A DNA stretch of 64,000 nucleotides, taken from positions 213,496 to 277,495 of the forward strand of contig CAYUCS010000001.1 of NCBI GenBank assembly GCA_964443495.1, written 5' to 3'. Of the stretch, positions 45,487-56,281 are shown piece by piece. The notes under the pieces are model-generated. The model worked only from the letters and a program-made list of their open reading frames with translations, was not told where the DNA came from and made no database searches. This DNA comes from an uncultured Gammaproteobacteria bacterium (lineage in GTDB: Bacteria; Patescibacteriota; Patescibacteriia; Patescibacteriales; GWE2-39-37). Position 1 is the stretch's first letter. Each line of letters starts with the position of its first letter. Both the position numbers and the translations under genes were made by a program.

Positions 45487-45906
45487 ATGTCAGGACAGGA
45501 AAACTTCATCAGTTTGAAGGAGGCGTCGAAGATTTCCGGCTACAGCCCGGATTATATCGGGCAGCTGATCCGTTCCGGCAAGATATCCGGCAAGCAGGTT
45601 TATACCAATGTTTCCTGGGTGACCACGCCTGAAGCCGTGCTGGCCTATAAGCAGGGCAAGGAGCAGCAGAAAAGCGATAAGGTTAGCCTGAAAGAGTATC
45701 TGGTAACCAGGCAGCGCAAGATGAGGATGGAGCTCGACATACTCCTGCTATTTTTCAAGACTTTCAAGTCTATTTTGCCGATATTAGCGATACTTATCTT
45801 CAGTTTTTTCTTTTTGATCCTGACGGTCATGAACTATTTTTCCGATAAGCGTTCGTTGGGCAATGACCCGGTTTTTAATTCAAATCTAAGCGAATTCTCA
45901 TTCTGA
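45487..45906 (+). CDS. HTH (excisionase/MerR-like) DNA-binding domain protein with a C-terminal TM helix
   Basis: ISLKEASKISGYSPDYIGQLIRSGKISGKQ is a helix-turn-helix pattern. TM ILPILAILIFSFFFLILTVM. Confidence 0.65.
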   Translation: MSGQENFISLKEASKISGYSPDYIGQLIRSGKISGKQVYTNVSWVTTPEAVLAYKQGKEQQKSDKVSLKEYLVTRQRKMRMELDILLLFFKTFKSILPILAILIFSFFFLILTVMNYFSDKRSLGNDPVFNSNLSEFSF

Positions 45907-45928
45907 TCTGATCCCTTAACCTTTCCCC

Positions 45929-48900
45929 ATGCCAAAGAAGGTTAAAACAATCATCAGCAAATTCAAGCGATTTTTTGCTACGAACCAGCAAGAAGTTCGC
46001 CGTTCCCGGCCAGTCGTCCGCGTCATGCAGGACATCGTGCCGCCGAGCGTCCTCAGGATCTCGAATGAGGTTTTGGGCATTAAAGAATACGGTTCGAATA
46101 ATCTGAAAATTTTCGGCAGAGCCTGGCGCGGAGCGGTCGGGCTTTTCTTTTTGCTATGGACGGTTACCGGACTCGGTCCGGTCGATGTCATCCGGAAATC
46201 GGTGGCCGCTTTGGCTGGCGAAGACATCCAGACGGTCAATCTTTATGCTACGGACTGTTCCATCGAGACCGCCGCTTCCAGTAGCTGGCAGCACCTTGAA
46301 AAGATCAGCGGCGCTCCTGATTTGGCAGCCGACGCTACGAGCTCGGATTTTACGGAAGGCAACTCAGCTTCATATCTGGGCGGCAGCGGTAATGTTACGT
46401 GCACTGGCTTCAGGCAAGCTGCCCCGGCCGTCGAAATAAAGACGGAGGAGGATGCCCCGTCGGTTGTAGGAGTTGAGCCGGCCAAGGAGGCGGTCGAAAT
46501 CAAGGAAGAGCCGATTGCGGAAGATATCGCGGTCGTGAAAGAAGATGGCGAACAAGCTTCCAGCTCGACCATTGTTGAAGAAGAGAAAGCAGAAGCAACC
46601 ATTGAGGAACCGATAGTCGTCATTGAAGATGCCGCAACAAGCGGGCAGCCAAGCATTGGCATTAAAACAGAGGAGGGTGAATCGTCCAACGACACTCCCG
46701 CTTCGGAGCCGTCTGAATTGCAAACTACCGAACCGACCCCTGAAGCCGTTGAGCCGAGCGTGTTGCAGGAGACGGCCGACCTTATCATTGAGACGGTCGA
46801 GGAGGTGGCGGATATTGTAGAGAACCTGATTGACGAAATCGTGCTGATGGCTGGTGCCAAGCAGGGCGAGGATAGTCTTAAGAATTTGGGAAGGCTGAAG
46901 GGGGCGAAAATCAATCTGTCATTGTCCCAGAATTTCGCGACCTCAACCGAAAAGGAAAAGGCTGATGCCGCCGAAGTTGCCACTAGTACGTCTTTTGTCG
47001 GGGTGAAAATCCTATATTCCACCGACGCTCCAGGCGAGGACTCGCCCGACAGCAAGATCTGGCACGAGCTTGTCGAATTGCCTGAAACCGACCTGTCAGC
47101 TTGCGTCGAGGCCACCTCGAGCGACTGCCTCATTTTCAGGCTGGCTGAGTATGCCCAGGCCGGTTACCTGTCCTTCGCTGCCCCGGAGATCGAATCTTGG
47201 GAAGATGTCGAGAATATCCAGGTCAAACTAGAGGGCGGCCATAACGGCGCAGCGGACTATCGGCTGTCGCTGGACAGCGTTTGGGTCGAGGCGTCTTATG
47301 ACGATAATCGCGAAGAGTTGGATCAGGATGACGGTTATGAATCTTTTGACAAGATATTTGTCGATGGCAAGGAGATAAATTTCGAATTTACGGATGATAA
47401 TAGCGATGAGAATCTGATCATCAGGTCGAATCGCAAGGATTACTACGGCGTGACCGACGCTGTGGTCTATTTCAGCGTCACGAACGCCTCGGCGAAGCGC
47501 GAGGCGGTCAACCTCCAGGTGCACTTCCCGGAAGACAAGGGCGGCGTGGCCAAGCTGGAGCAGCTGCGCAAAGATATTTGGACCGAGACTGAGCTGGACG
47601 GCGGGGAACTGCCTTCGCCCAACGTCTTCAAGCAGGTCTTCGGCCAGGAAATCAAGCGCAAGCACGTGCCAGAAACGATGCGCCCCAAGAATAGCACTAG
47701 AGGCGGCGGCCACCTTATCGGCCCAGGCAAAACGCAGTACTACAAGATGCGTATCACTTATCCGGCCGGCACCAGGGGCGAGTTCTTCATCGAAGCGGTG
47801 GGCGACGGCCAGGGCTACGGCCTTTTGGATCCGTGGTGGAACGGCTCATGGCCGTATAAGCTGCCGATCACTATCGATAATACCGCCAATACCTCAGCAT
47901 TGACCGACTACCAGGTGCTGGTGGAAATCGATTCGACGACCGCCGGTTTCTGGGATAATGTCAACGCCGACGGTTCGGATATCCGTTTCTTGAATAGCGC
48001 CCAAGATACGCAGCTCAATCATTGGACGCAATATTTTGACAAGACCGGTTCAAGTACGCAGATTTGGGTCCAGGTCGATTCCATTCCGGCGGCCTCAACC
48101 AGCCAGATTTATCTGTATTATGGCAACGGCGCGGCGGCCTCAACCAGCGATATGTACACGACCTTCAGTTACGCTACGATGCAGGATCTGTATTACGTGG
48201 TCAGGGGCAGCTTGACCAATGCCACGGTCACGGTCGTGAGCTTGATCGATAATAATCAAGTCCAGCTCGATAACGGGACGGCCACCAATCTGAATCGCCA
48301 GCAGATTGCTAAATTGGTGCCGGTCACGCAGACTTCCGTGCTTCGCGCAAAGGGTCCGGTGCAGGCAAGCATAACCGGCGTGGCGGCCGGAGCGACCCTC
48401 GTTCCGATTTCTTATGCCGGTACGGCTTTCGTTATGCCGCTGAACTCCGGCACGACCGAGTCCTGGTCGCGCTATGCTCCGTTCGTCCGGGCGACCACTA
48501 CGATCTATAATGGTAATACCCTTGGCAATACTACGGCCATCAACGCCGGAGCGGCGGCGACGACGGCCTATAATATCACCACGACCGGCCGCCTGCTGTC
48601 GACCAACCCGATCCTGGCTGCTTGGTACGCCACCGCTACCACTTATTCAGCTGCCGTTTATCCGGCGACGACGCGCGACCTTTACGGCATCCGCTCCGGC
48701 ACGAACAACATCGGCTTTACCGGCAACACCGATTTTTCAATCTATTGTTCGAGCGGCGCTTCGCTCAATGTCACGGGTCGGACTACGGCCGCTCTGTATG
48801 CCAACACCACTTGCGCCACCGTGACTGAGGGTGGCGGCAATGCCGTCCGCCTGACCGGCCAGACCAATCCGATCGGCGGCGTTGTTTATAACGATTCTGA

Positions 48901-51900
48901 TGGAACCTCGATGACCTACATGCTTCCTGATATCGAGCTTTCAGCCGAGTATATGGTGCCACGCAACGCTGCCTATATCGCCGTCGCCTGCGTGCCGAAG
49001 CATGGCACGACCTCATTGAGCATTTATGATCCGAGCAATGTCTTTGTAACCAGCGCTACTTGTACTTCAACGACAAATAATCCAGGTAAGGTCAAATTTG
49101 GCGGCACCGATACCGTTACTTATGCGGCCGGCTCGCGCATCGTCTCGACCAACGGCAAGCCGTTCTATGCTTATTATGAAGATGTCGAACAGGTGGCGGT
49201 GACCGGCACGGGCGGCGACGAGAGCAATTTCCTTGGCGCTACGCAGGCCAGGAAGCAAGCTTCGACTTCTCCGATCATCACTTTGGGTACCGAGCAATCG
49301 AGCAAGATCACGGTTTCGGGCAAGGTTTACAGCGACCAGGGAGCGACGCCGCTCCTGACCCGGCCAGTCGTCCATCTGGTTGTCGGCGGAACCCTCATCT
49401 CATCTACCACTGCCTCCTCGACTGATGGCAGCTTCGTTTTCAATAATGTCACGATGCCGGAAACAGGCTCGAGTACCATCGTCTTTCTGGCCAGCTCGAC
49501 CGTTTCCGGTGTGACTTATGACCGCTATGCTGGTGCGGATAATATTACGGGGCTGGATATTTATCAGAATCACGTAATTGTTCGCAGTGACGCCGCCGGT
49601 TCGATCAGTAACGCTACGGTCGATCGCTACGATGCGGATCAGGACGCCTTCATTAAGGTCGCGGTGATTTCTGACAACCTGTCCGCTTCTTCGACTCAGC
49701 GGCTTTTCGTCTGGCCAGGCAGCACTTATCAGCCCGGAGGGGCGGTGACGCTGCCAGCGGGTGGCGGCGGAATCGGCGGCAGCCTCTATATCGCTACCTC
49801 CTCGATCATGAATGCCGAGGGCAATACGCTTTCGATCGGCGCTGGTTGGACCAATTTGGGCGAGTTCCAGAAGACCGCCGTCCAGTCCACCGTATTTACC
49901 GCCACTTCGACCGGTTTCGTCATCGATAACGCCACTTCGACCTTCAATCACGTCACCTTCAGTGCCAATGGCAGCTGGTCGCTGGCAACTTCGACGACTC
50001 TCGACGGCAACTTGTCCATGGCGACCGGCACCTTGTCGAGCCTTTATGATTTGACGGTCAAGGGCGGTACAGCTTCGGGCACCGGCATCGTCAGCCTGTC
50101 CGGCGGCACCTTTACGCTTCAGGGTTCGGGTGACTTCGGCGGCGCTAACGCCTGGACTTTCTATGATTTGGCTTTCGGCGACGGCGCGACCCCAGCCACG
50201 ACCACCAAGGCTGGCTTCGGTACGACCACTATCGCTAACCAGCTGGTAATCAATGCGAGCCACGTCTTGGATGCCGGCACGTCTGCTTGGATCGTAGGCG
50301 GCTCCGGCACGGCCCTGTCGGGCAGCGGCAGTCTCATCCCCTCATCTTCGCTATTCAGATTCACTGCGACGAGCAGCGTCAGCCTCGCGCCCAAGGATTT
50401 TTACCGCCTCGAGCTCGTGCCGGGGGCTGCGGGTTCGCCGAATTACGCCTTGGGAGCCGGAAGCCTATCGACGGCCGACTACTTGATAATCGGCGACGGC
50501 ACGAATCCGATCACGGTCTCGGCCAGCAATACGGCCCTAGATATAAACGGCGATTTCACCATCAATGCTTCGGCCACTTTTGCTGCGCCGACTTCTTCGA
50601 GCTTCACGGTCGCTGGCAATTGGGAAAATAACGGGACTTTCGATCATTCCGGCGGCACCGTCACGTTCGACGCTGGCAGTGCTGGGAAAATCGTCAACGT
50701 TGGCGGCTCGTCTTTCAGTACGGTGATTTTCAATAACCAGGCCGGCGACTGGACGATCGGCGAAAGCGCTACCTCGACCAGCGACTGGACGTTGGCGGCC
50801 GGAACCTTCATCGCTTCTTCTTCGATTACGATCGAAGTCGATGGGCTGTTCAGCAATCTGATCGGCGGCGCTTCGACCACCTGGGCAGGCACGACGCTCT
50901 ATCTTACGGGCGGAGCCCAGACGATCAGCGCCAGCACGACACCAGCAGAAACCTATGGCTCTTTGATTGTCGGGGCCAATACCGATGTCCGGATGTGGAA
51001 TTCTTCAGCTGCGTCATATTCCGTCGACCCGACTGGCTCGCTTTATTCGATGGATCATGGCAATGCTGACGGCGCTTTGGATATCTGGGGAGATTTCCAT
51101 ATTTCAGCCGGGACGGACGAATGGAGCTATCAGACCGATTTTGATGGCAGCGACCTCGCCGGTTCGCCCAGACAGGTCAACGTGGCCATAATTTCCGGCG
51201 GCACGGTTTCGGTCGATGGCGGCAACTTGAATATGATCGGTTCGTCAAGCCTGCCGACGACTATCGCCAACCAAGGAAGCGGCACTTATGCTTTCAATAT
51301 CAGTTCCGGTACTTTCAATGCTGATTATTACCAAGTCAGCAACGCCGATACTAACGGCCTGAATTTCTCAGGTTCGCCAGCCATCACCTCGTTGAATAAC
51401 GGCGATTTCCAGCTGGCTGGCTCGACCGGACGGGCGATTTCGCTGACGGCCAGCGCGGTTAATGCTAATCCGGGCAAGGTCATCTACGGTTGTAATTTCG
51501 CCACCACCACTGCCATCAGTTCGGCTTTTAACGTCTTTCTCGCGGCCGCGGCCGCCAGCAATTGGACCTTCGCCAACCACACCGGTACTTTCGCTGGCGA
51601 AACTTACGACAGCGATCCGGGCGATCCGACCGGCTATCTCGTCTGGGATGACAGCCCGGTCTATTCGCCGAAGGCCCGCAAATGGCGCTGGTATGACGAC
51701 ACGAACGCGGAAACTCCGGTCGTCCCGTCAGCCAACGAGGGCGTGATGCCGCAGAATATCGTCAACGGCGCCGATTTCAAGCTGCGGCAGTCGATCGATG
51801 CCACGAACATGACAGGGAATAACGTCAAGATGCGCTTGCAATATTCGACCTCGCCGACTTTCGCGAGCGATGTCAATTTCGTCGGGGAAATCGGTTCGAC

Positions 51901-54900
51901 GACGGTCGATTGGACCTATGCCAATGGCGCTGATGCTGACAATGCGGCCGTTTCGACGCTACTCTTATCCGATTCAGCCGCTGCCGCCACCCACAACGAA
52001 TCCGGCACATCGGCCTCGACCTATACCCATACCTTGAACACCGTAGCCGAGTGGGAGTTCACTCTCTTGGCGGCCAGCACCACTCCGGGAACGACCTATT
52101 ATTTCCGGCCGTATTTCAGCAATAAGCCGGTGACACTCGAAGACACGGAGACCCGACCGAGTATCTATGTCGCTGATAACATTTCCGTTTCTGGCACGGT
52201 CTATAGCGATGCTGGCTCGAACCAGCTCTTGAGCGGTCCGGTCGTCGGCTTGGCGATCGGCAATCAGCTGGTCGCGACCACGACCGCCTCGACGATCGAT
52301 GGCAGCTTCATCTTTAATAATATCACCCAGTTCTCGAGCGGCGCCTCGACAGCGATTTTCCTTGATAATTCCGAACTCGAGGCCTCGGGCGGCATCACTT
52401 ATTTCAATTCCACCTCGACCCCGGCCGATAACGGTTCCAGCGCTACCAACCCGACTGTCGTGACCCCTCCGACCAATATGCGAGACGGCGACTTGGTAAT
52501 CCTTGAAGCGGCCCATGGAGCCGGTACCGGCACCTTGTCCATTTCTAGCACTGGCGGCCAAGCCTGGACCGCCTTGACCCAGAGGGTTAATGCCACCAGG
52601 ACGGTTAACTTGTTCTGGGCGCGCTTCAACGGAACTTGGAGCGCCAACCCGAGCGTCAACATGGTCTCGGCGGTCAACAACATCGTCGTGATGCACGTCT
52701 TCCGTCCGGGCTATTCGGGCAGCACTTGGGAGATAGATGTGCCGGAAACGAGCAATACCTATGCCGCCGCTTCACCGGTCACGATTACAGGGATATCTAC
52801 CCAGACTGACGGAGCCCTGGTTTTTGCCGCCTGGACTAGTGCCGATGACAATACTTGGGGTGCGGCAACGGCCGGCTGGTCAACTCCTGGCACTGCCCAA
52901 TATCGCAACACTTCCGGTACGGCCGATCAGTCTATAACTTCCGCGTATCGTGTCATGGCCACGGCCGGACCGACTGGCAATGTTAGTAAGACGCAGACGG
53001 CATTAGGTCCTGATGCCGGCACTCGATACATCATCGCTTTCAAAGAGGTCAAGCCGACCTCGGTCTATGGTGTCGCTTTCAACCGCTATGCCGGTTCGAG
53101 TGATATGGCTAATTATGATATCTACCAAGACCGGGTCATCGTCCGCAACGACGATGCCGGTCCGATCACTAATGCTGACATCAATAATTACGATGCCGAC
53201 CAGAATTCGCAGATCAAAGCCGGCGTCGCTTCAGCGAATCTGACCGTGCCATCAACCCAGATGCTCTACATCTGGCAGAATAGTACTTTCCGGCCAGCTG
53301 GCCAAATCGCGCTCCAATCAGGTGCCGCACCCGCATCGATAGGCGGAGATTTGATAATCAATACCGGCTCTATCTTTAATGCAGAATCGAATGCCGTTTC
53401 CATAGGCGGCGATTGGACCAATCTAGGATCGTTCCAGTCGAATGCTGGCCAGACGGTCTCGTTCACCTCGACTTCGACCGGCTACAGCATCGTTACCGGC
53501 GGTTCCGGCTTCATGAATGTGGCCTTTTCAGGTGTCGGCGGCGGTTGGTCTTTCACCGACCCCGCGACCATCAACGGCGACCTGGATATGGCTACCGGCA
53601 CCTTGTCAGGCACGAATTCCATCTCGGTCAAAGGCGGCGGCGCCACCGGCAACGGCACCATCGATCTGACCGGCGGCACTTTTACGATCGATGGCACCGG
53701 CGATTTCGGCGGCTTCATCGATTGGAATTTTTACGGCCTGGAAATCGGCGACGGCGTCTGGACCGATGCCACCTCCAAGGTCGGCACTAACAATATCCTG
53801 GTCAACGGACCGATGACGATAAACGCCGGCCAAACCTTGAATGCCAGTAGCAGCACCTGGACGCTGGCGGCTAGCGGTACGCCGTTGGCTGTGAGCGGCA
53901 TCCTTAATCCGGAACAATCGACCTTCAGATTCGTTTCAACCGATGACATTAATCTGACTCCGGCAACTTTTTACAATCTTGAATTATCGCCGAACGGTGC
54001 CGGTTCGCCGAGTTACGGTTTCTATGGCGGCACCCTGGCAACTAATAACCTCACTATCGGCGACGGTACGAACCCTGTGACGGTCGCCGCCAACGTCGAT
54101 AACCCGGTCGTCGATGTCAATGGCGACTTCCTGATCCGCAGCAGCGCCATTTTCGTCGCCTCGGCTTTCAGCCCCTTCTACGCCGGCGGCAGCTGGCAGA
54201 ATGACGGCACGTTCTCGAGCAACAACGGCACAGTCGTCTTCGATGCCGGCACGACCGGCAAGACGATCGCTCCGGGCGGCTCGTCTTTTCATGGGGTCGA
54301 ATTCAACGGAGCAGCCGGTGGTTGGACTCTGGGTGCCAACGCCACTTCAACGGACAGCTTCAGCTTGGTGGCCGGCCAGTCCTTCACGCTCTCGTCCGGT
54401 TCGACCTTGGCGATCCTCAACGGCTTCAGCAACGCCTTCAACCAGGCTTCGACCACTTGGACCGGTTCGACCATCCACTTCGCCGGCAGCTCGCGCACGA
54501 TCAACGGCAAGGCCAGCAGCTCTGACGCGTACGGCACCATCAAGGTCGGCGCCAACACCGATATCAGGCTTTGGAACTCCTCGGCCACTTCGTACGACAT
54601 CGACTCAACCGGTTCATTCTATTCGATGGATCATGGCAATATCGACGGCTCGCTCTTCATTTGGGGCGATTATCACGTCGGAGCAGGGCAGACCGAGTAC
54701 TGGAATTGGCAGATCGATTTCGACGGCGCTTCGCTTGCCGGCTCGGAGCGCCAAGCCAACATACGCTTGGCTTCGAGCACGAACGTGACCGTCGATGGCG
54801 GCACGCTGCAGATCTTGGGCACCACGACGGCCAGTTCGACGGTCGATAGCCAGGGTTCAGGCTACTTCGGCTTGGCGGTCAGCAGCGGCACCCTGAATGC

Positions 54901-56281
54901 TGGTTATTATAAGATCAGCAATACCGACACCAACGGCCTCTCACTCTCGAATGCCTCGACCATCACCTCGATCGATAACGGGGAGTATGTTTTGGGAGTC
55001 AACGGCGGTTCCTCGATTACGGTCACGCCGAGCCTTATGGCTGCCAACCCGGCCAAGACGATCAGCGGCTGCAGCTTCGCTTCTTCGACCGGCGTGTTCG
55101 GCTACAACGTCAAGCTGGCCAGCGCGGCAGCGACCGAGTGGACTTTTGTTGGCCTAGCCGGCAACCTGGCTGGCGAGGATTTCGATAGCGATGTCGGCGA
55201 TCCGCGCGGCTATATCATCTGGGATAACAGTCCGACCTATGTGCCTTTATCGCAGAAATGGCAATGGTTCCATGATGAGGACCAGGAGACGCCGCTGGCT
55301 CCGGCTGGCGGGGAAGAGGTGGCACCGTCGGGCATTCCGCGGGGCAACGTCCTCAAGCTGCGGCTCTCGATCAAGGCGACGAACGGTCTGGCAGGAAGCA
55401 ACGTCAAGATGAGGCTGCAGTATTCGACCTTTTCCGATTTTTCCAATAACGTCAATTTCGTGGGCGAAATCGGCTCCTCAACTTCAATCTGGAATTATGG
55501 CGACGGCATCGACGCTGATAATGCGCCGGCCAGTTCGTACTTCCTGTCTGACTCCGATGCCACCTCGACGCATAACGAATCCGGCATCTCGGCCTCGACC
55601 TATGCCCATGGCGCCGATGCGGTCGCCGAGTGGGAATTTACCGTCGCCAATAACGGCGCCGAAGCAGGCACGACCTACTTCTTCCGCGCCTATACTGATC
55701 AGTACGGCGTCCAAGGCGTTGAGCCGAATCTGGGCAATTTTTATCCGAGCCTGACCGCCGGCGATGAGGCATTGGGCACGACCTTGTCCGGACTGCCGAG
55801 CGGTACGGCGACCGAAGGAGTAGTTACTAATATCAATACTGACCAAGTGACGGTACCGTTCGGCAATCTGCCGTTCGGCAGTTCGGTAACCGGCGCTCAT
55901 CGTCTGCTGATCTCGACCAATGGCGAGAGCGGATATCAGCTGTTCGTCAAGCAGAGCCAGGACCTGACTAATGGCCATGGCGTGACGATCAATGCCGTCA
56001 CGGCTGACAACGCCAATCCTCAGGCTTGGCCGATGACGCCTGATCCGGCTGCTTTCGGCTATCACACGAGCGACGACACCCTGTCCGGCGCTTCGCCGTC
56101 GCGTTTCGCTCCGAATAACAGCTACGCCAAGTTCGAGACAGGCATCCAAGAGGTCGGCTACAGTCCGATTCCTGTCTCCAACGATCCGATCGACCTGATC
56201 TATCGCATCGAGGTTTCGGATCAGCAGCAGCCGGGCGACTATGTAACCCAAGTCGAATATATCTTAGTGCCGACATATTGA
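45929..56281 (+). CDS. Giant (3,450 aa) signal-anchored surface protein: acidic spacer, DUF2341-like module, two ~1-kaa super-repeats, C-terminal WxL-like domain
   Basis: Uninterrupted 10,353-nt ORF. TM AVGLFFLLWTVTGLGPV. E/P/A-rich region at ~aa 170-300. DUF2341-type segment WWNGSWPYKLPITIDN...DIRF...IYLYYGN at ~47830-48135. The last 170 aa are homologous to the C-terminus of the 57413..58435 product. Confidence 0.85.
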   Translation: MPKKVKTIISKFKRFFATNQQEVRRSRPVVRVMQDIVPPSVLRISNEVLGIKEYGSNNLKIFGRAWRGAVGLFFLLWTVTGLGPVDVIRKSVAALAGEDIQTVNLYATDCSIETAASSSWQHLEKISGAPDLAADATSSDFTEGNSASYLGGSGNVTCTGFRQAAPAVEIKTEEDAPSVVGVEPAKEAVEIKEEPIAEDIAVVKEDGEQASSSTIVEEEKAEATIEEPIVVIEDAATSGQPSIGIKTEEGESSNDTPASEPSELQTTEPTPEAVEPSVLQETADLIIETVEEVADIVENLIDEIVLMAGAKQGEDSLKNLGRLKGAKINLSLSQNFATSTEKEKADAAEVATSTSFVGVKILYSTDAPGEDSPDSKIWHELVELPETDLSACVEATSSDCLIFRLAEYAQAGYLSFAAPEIESWEDVENIQVKLEGGHNGAADYRLSLDSVWVEASYDDNREELDQDDGYESFDKIFVDGKEINFEFTDDNSDENLIIRSNRKDYYGVTDAVVYFSVTNASAKREAVNLQVHFPEDKGGVAKLEQLRKDIWTETELDGGELPSPNVFKQVFGQEIKRKHVPETMRPKNSTRGGGHLIGPGKTQYYKMRITYPAGTRGEFFIEAVGDGQGYGLLDPWWNGSWPYKLPITIDNTANTSALTDYQVLVEIDSTTAGFWDNVNADGSDIRFLNSAQDTQLNHWTQYFDKTGSSTQIWVQVDSIPAASTSQIYLYYGNGAAASTSDMYTTFSYATMQDLYYVVRGSLTNATVTVVSLIDNNQVQLDNGTATNLNRQQIAKLVPVTQTSVLRAKGPVQASITGVAAGATLVPISYAGTAFVMPLNSGTTESWSRYAPFVRATTTIYNGNTLGNTTAINAGAAATTAYNITTTGRLLSTNPILAAWYATATTYSAAVYPATTRDLYGIRSGTNNIGFTGNTDFSIYCSSGASLNVTGRTTAALYANTTCATVTEGGGNAVRLTGQTNPIGGVVYNDSDGTSMTYMLPDIELSAEYMVPRNAAYIAVACVPKHGTTSLSIYDPSNVFVTSATCTSTTNNPGKVKFGGTDTVTYAAGSRIVSTNGKPFYAYYEDVEQVAVTGTGGDESNFLGATQARKQASTSPIITLGTEQSSKITVSGKVYSDQGATPLLTRPVVHLVVGGTLISSTTASSTDGSFVFNNVTMPETGSSTIVFLASSTVSGVTYDRYAGADNITGLDIYQNHVIVRSDAAGSISNATVDRYDADQDAFIKVAVISDNLSASSTQRLFVWPGSTYQPGGAVTLPAGGGGIGGSLYIATSSIMNAEGNTLSIGAGWTNLGEFQKTAVQSTVFTATSTGFVIDNATSTFNHVTFSANGSWSLATSTTLDGNLSMATGTLSSLYDLTVKGGTASGTGIVSLSGGTFTLQGSGDFGGANAWTFYDLAFGDGATPATTTKAGFGTTTIANQLVINASHVLDAGTSAWIVGGSGTALSGSGSLIPSSSLFRFTATSSVSLAPKDFYRLELVPGAAGSPNYALGAGSLSTADYLIIGDGTNPITVSASNTALDINGDFTINASATFAAPTSSSFTVAGNWENNGTFDHSGGTVTFDAGSAGKIVNVGGSSFSTVIFNNQAGDWTIGESATSTSDWTLAAGTFIASSSITIEVDGLFSNLIGGASTTWAGTTLYLTGGAQTISASTTPAETYGSLIVGANTDVRMWNSSAASYSVDPTGSLYSMDHGNADGALDIWGDFHISAGTDEWSYQTDFDGSDLAGSPRQVNVAIISGGTVSVDGGNLNMIGSSSLPTTIANQGSGTYAFNISSGTFNADYYQVSNADTNGLNFSGSPAITSLNNGDFQLAGSTGRAISLTASAVNANPGKVIYGCNFATTTAISSAFNVFLAAAAASNWTFANHTGTFAGETYDSDPGDPTGYLVWDDSPVYSPKARKWRWYDDTNAETPVVPSANEGVMPQNIVNGADFKLRQSIDATNMTGNNVKMRLQYSTSPTFASDVNFVGEIGSTTVDWTYANGADADNAAVSTLLLSDSAAAATHNESGTSASTYTHTLNTVAEWEFTLLAASTTPGTTYYFRPYFSNKPVTLEDTETRPSIYVADNISVSGTVYSDAGSNQLLSGPVVGLAIGNQLVATTTASTIDGSFIFNNITQFSSGASTAIFLDNSELEASGGITYFNSTSTPADNGSSATNPTVVTPPTNMRDGDLVILEAAHGAGTGTLSISSTGGQAWTALTQRVNATRTVNLFWARFNGTWSANPSVNMVSAVNNIVVMHVFRPGYSGSTWEIDVPETSNTYAAASPVTITGISTQTDGALVFAAWTSADDNTWGAATAGWSTPGTAQYRNTSGTADQSITSAYRVMATAGPTGNVSKTQTALGPDAGTRYIIAFKEVKPTSVYGVAFNRYAGSSDMANYDIYQDRVIVRNDDAGPITNADINNYDADQNSQIKAGVASANLTVPSTQMLYIWQNSTFRPAGQIALQSGAAPASIGGDLIINTGSIFNAESNAVSIGGDWTNLGSFQSNAGQTVSFTSTSTGYSIVTGGSGFMNVAFSGVGGGWSFTDPATINGDLDMATGTLSGTNSISVKGGGATGNGTIDLTGGTFTIDGTGDFGGFIDWNFYGLEIGDGVWTDATSKVGTNNILVNGPMTINAGQTLNASSSTWTLAASGTPLAVSGILNPEQSTFRFVSTDDINLTPATFYNLELSPNGAGSPSYGFYGGTLATNNLTIGDGTNPVTVAANVDNPVVDVNGDFLIRSSAIFVASAFSPFYAGGSWQNDGTFSSNNGTVVFDAGTTGKTIAPGGSSFHGVEFNGAAGGWTLGANATSTDSFSLVAGQSFTLSSGSTLAILNGFSNAFNQASTTWTGSTIHFAGSSRTINGKASSSDAYGTIKVGANTDIRLWNSSATSYDIDSTGSFYSMDHGNIDGSLFIWGDYHVGAGQTEYWNWQIDFDGASLAGSERQANIRLASSTNVTVDGGTLQILGTTTASSTVDSQGSGYFGLAVSSGTLNAGYYKISNTDTNGLSLSNASTITSIDNGEYVLGVNGGSSITVTPSLMAANPAKTISGCSFASSTGVFGYNVKLASAAATEWTFVGLAGNLAGEDFDSDVGDPRGYIIWDNSPTYVPLSQKWQWFHDEDQETPLAPAGGEEVAPSGIPRGNVLKLRLSIKATNGLAGSNVKMRLQYSTFSDFSNNVNFVGEIGSSTSIWNYGDGIDADNAPASSYFLSDSDATSTHNESGISASTYAHGADAVAEWEFTVANNGAEAGTTYFFRAYTDQYGVQGVEPNLGNFYPSLTAGDEALGTTLSGLPSGTATEGVVTNINTDQVTVPFGNLPFGSSVTGAHRLLISTNGESGYQLFVKQSQDLTNGHGVTINAVTADNANPQAWPMTPDPAAFGYHTSDDTLSGASPSRFAPNNSYAKFETGIQEVGYSPIPVSNDPIDLIYRIEVSDQQQPGDYVTQVEYILVPTY
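49305..52176 (+). repeat. Super-repeat copy A of the giant gene (~957 aa)
   Basis: It begins ITVSGKVYSDQGATPLL.. and ends ..TTYYFRPYFSNKPVTLEDTETRPSIYVADN. It is colinear with copy B: YDRYAGADNITGLDIYQNHVIVR / FNRYAGSSDMANYDIYQDRVIVR, and WRWYDD..NVKMRLQYSTS / WQWFHD..NVKMRLQYSTF. Confidence 0.8.
52180..55765 (+). repeat. Super-repeat copy B of the giant gene (~1,195 aa) carrying a ~230-aa insertion (~52380-53060)
   Basis: It begins ISVSGTVYSDAGSNQLL... The insertion (..PPTNMRDGDLVILEAAHGAGTGTLSISSTGGQAWTAL..ALVFAAWTSADDNTW..) has no counterpart in copy A. Confidence 0.8.

Noticed and set aside
46243-56251. Many long antisense or alternative-frame ORFs inside the giant gene (for example 46243..47133 -, 49400..50263 -, 51974..52696 -, 55484..56251 -, 54201..54788 +).
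   Set aside because: They lie wholly within an uninterrupted 10.3-kb ORF that has clear domain and repeat structure. Their products are Arg/Gly/Ser-rich low-complexity sequences, typical of off-frame translation of GC-biased repeats, and they have no SD or start context.
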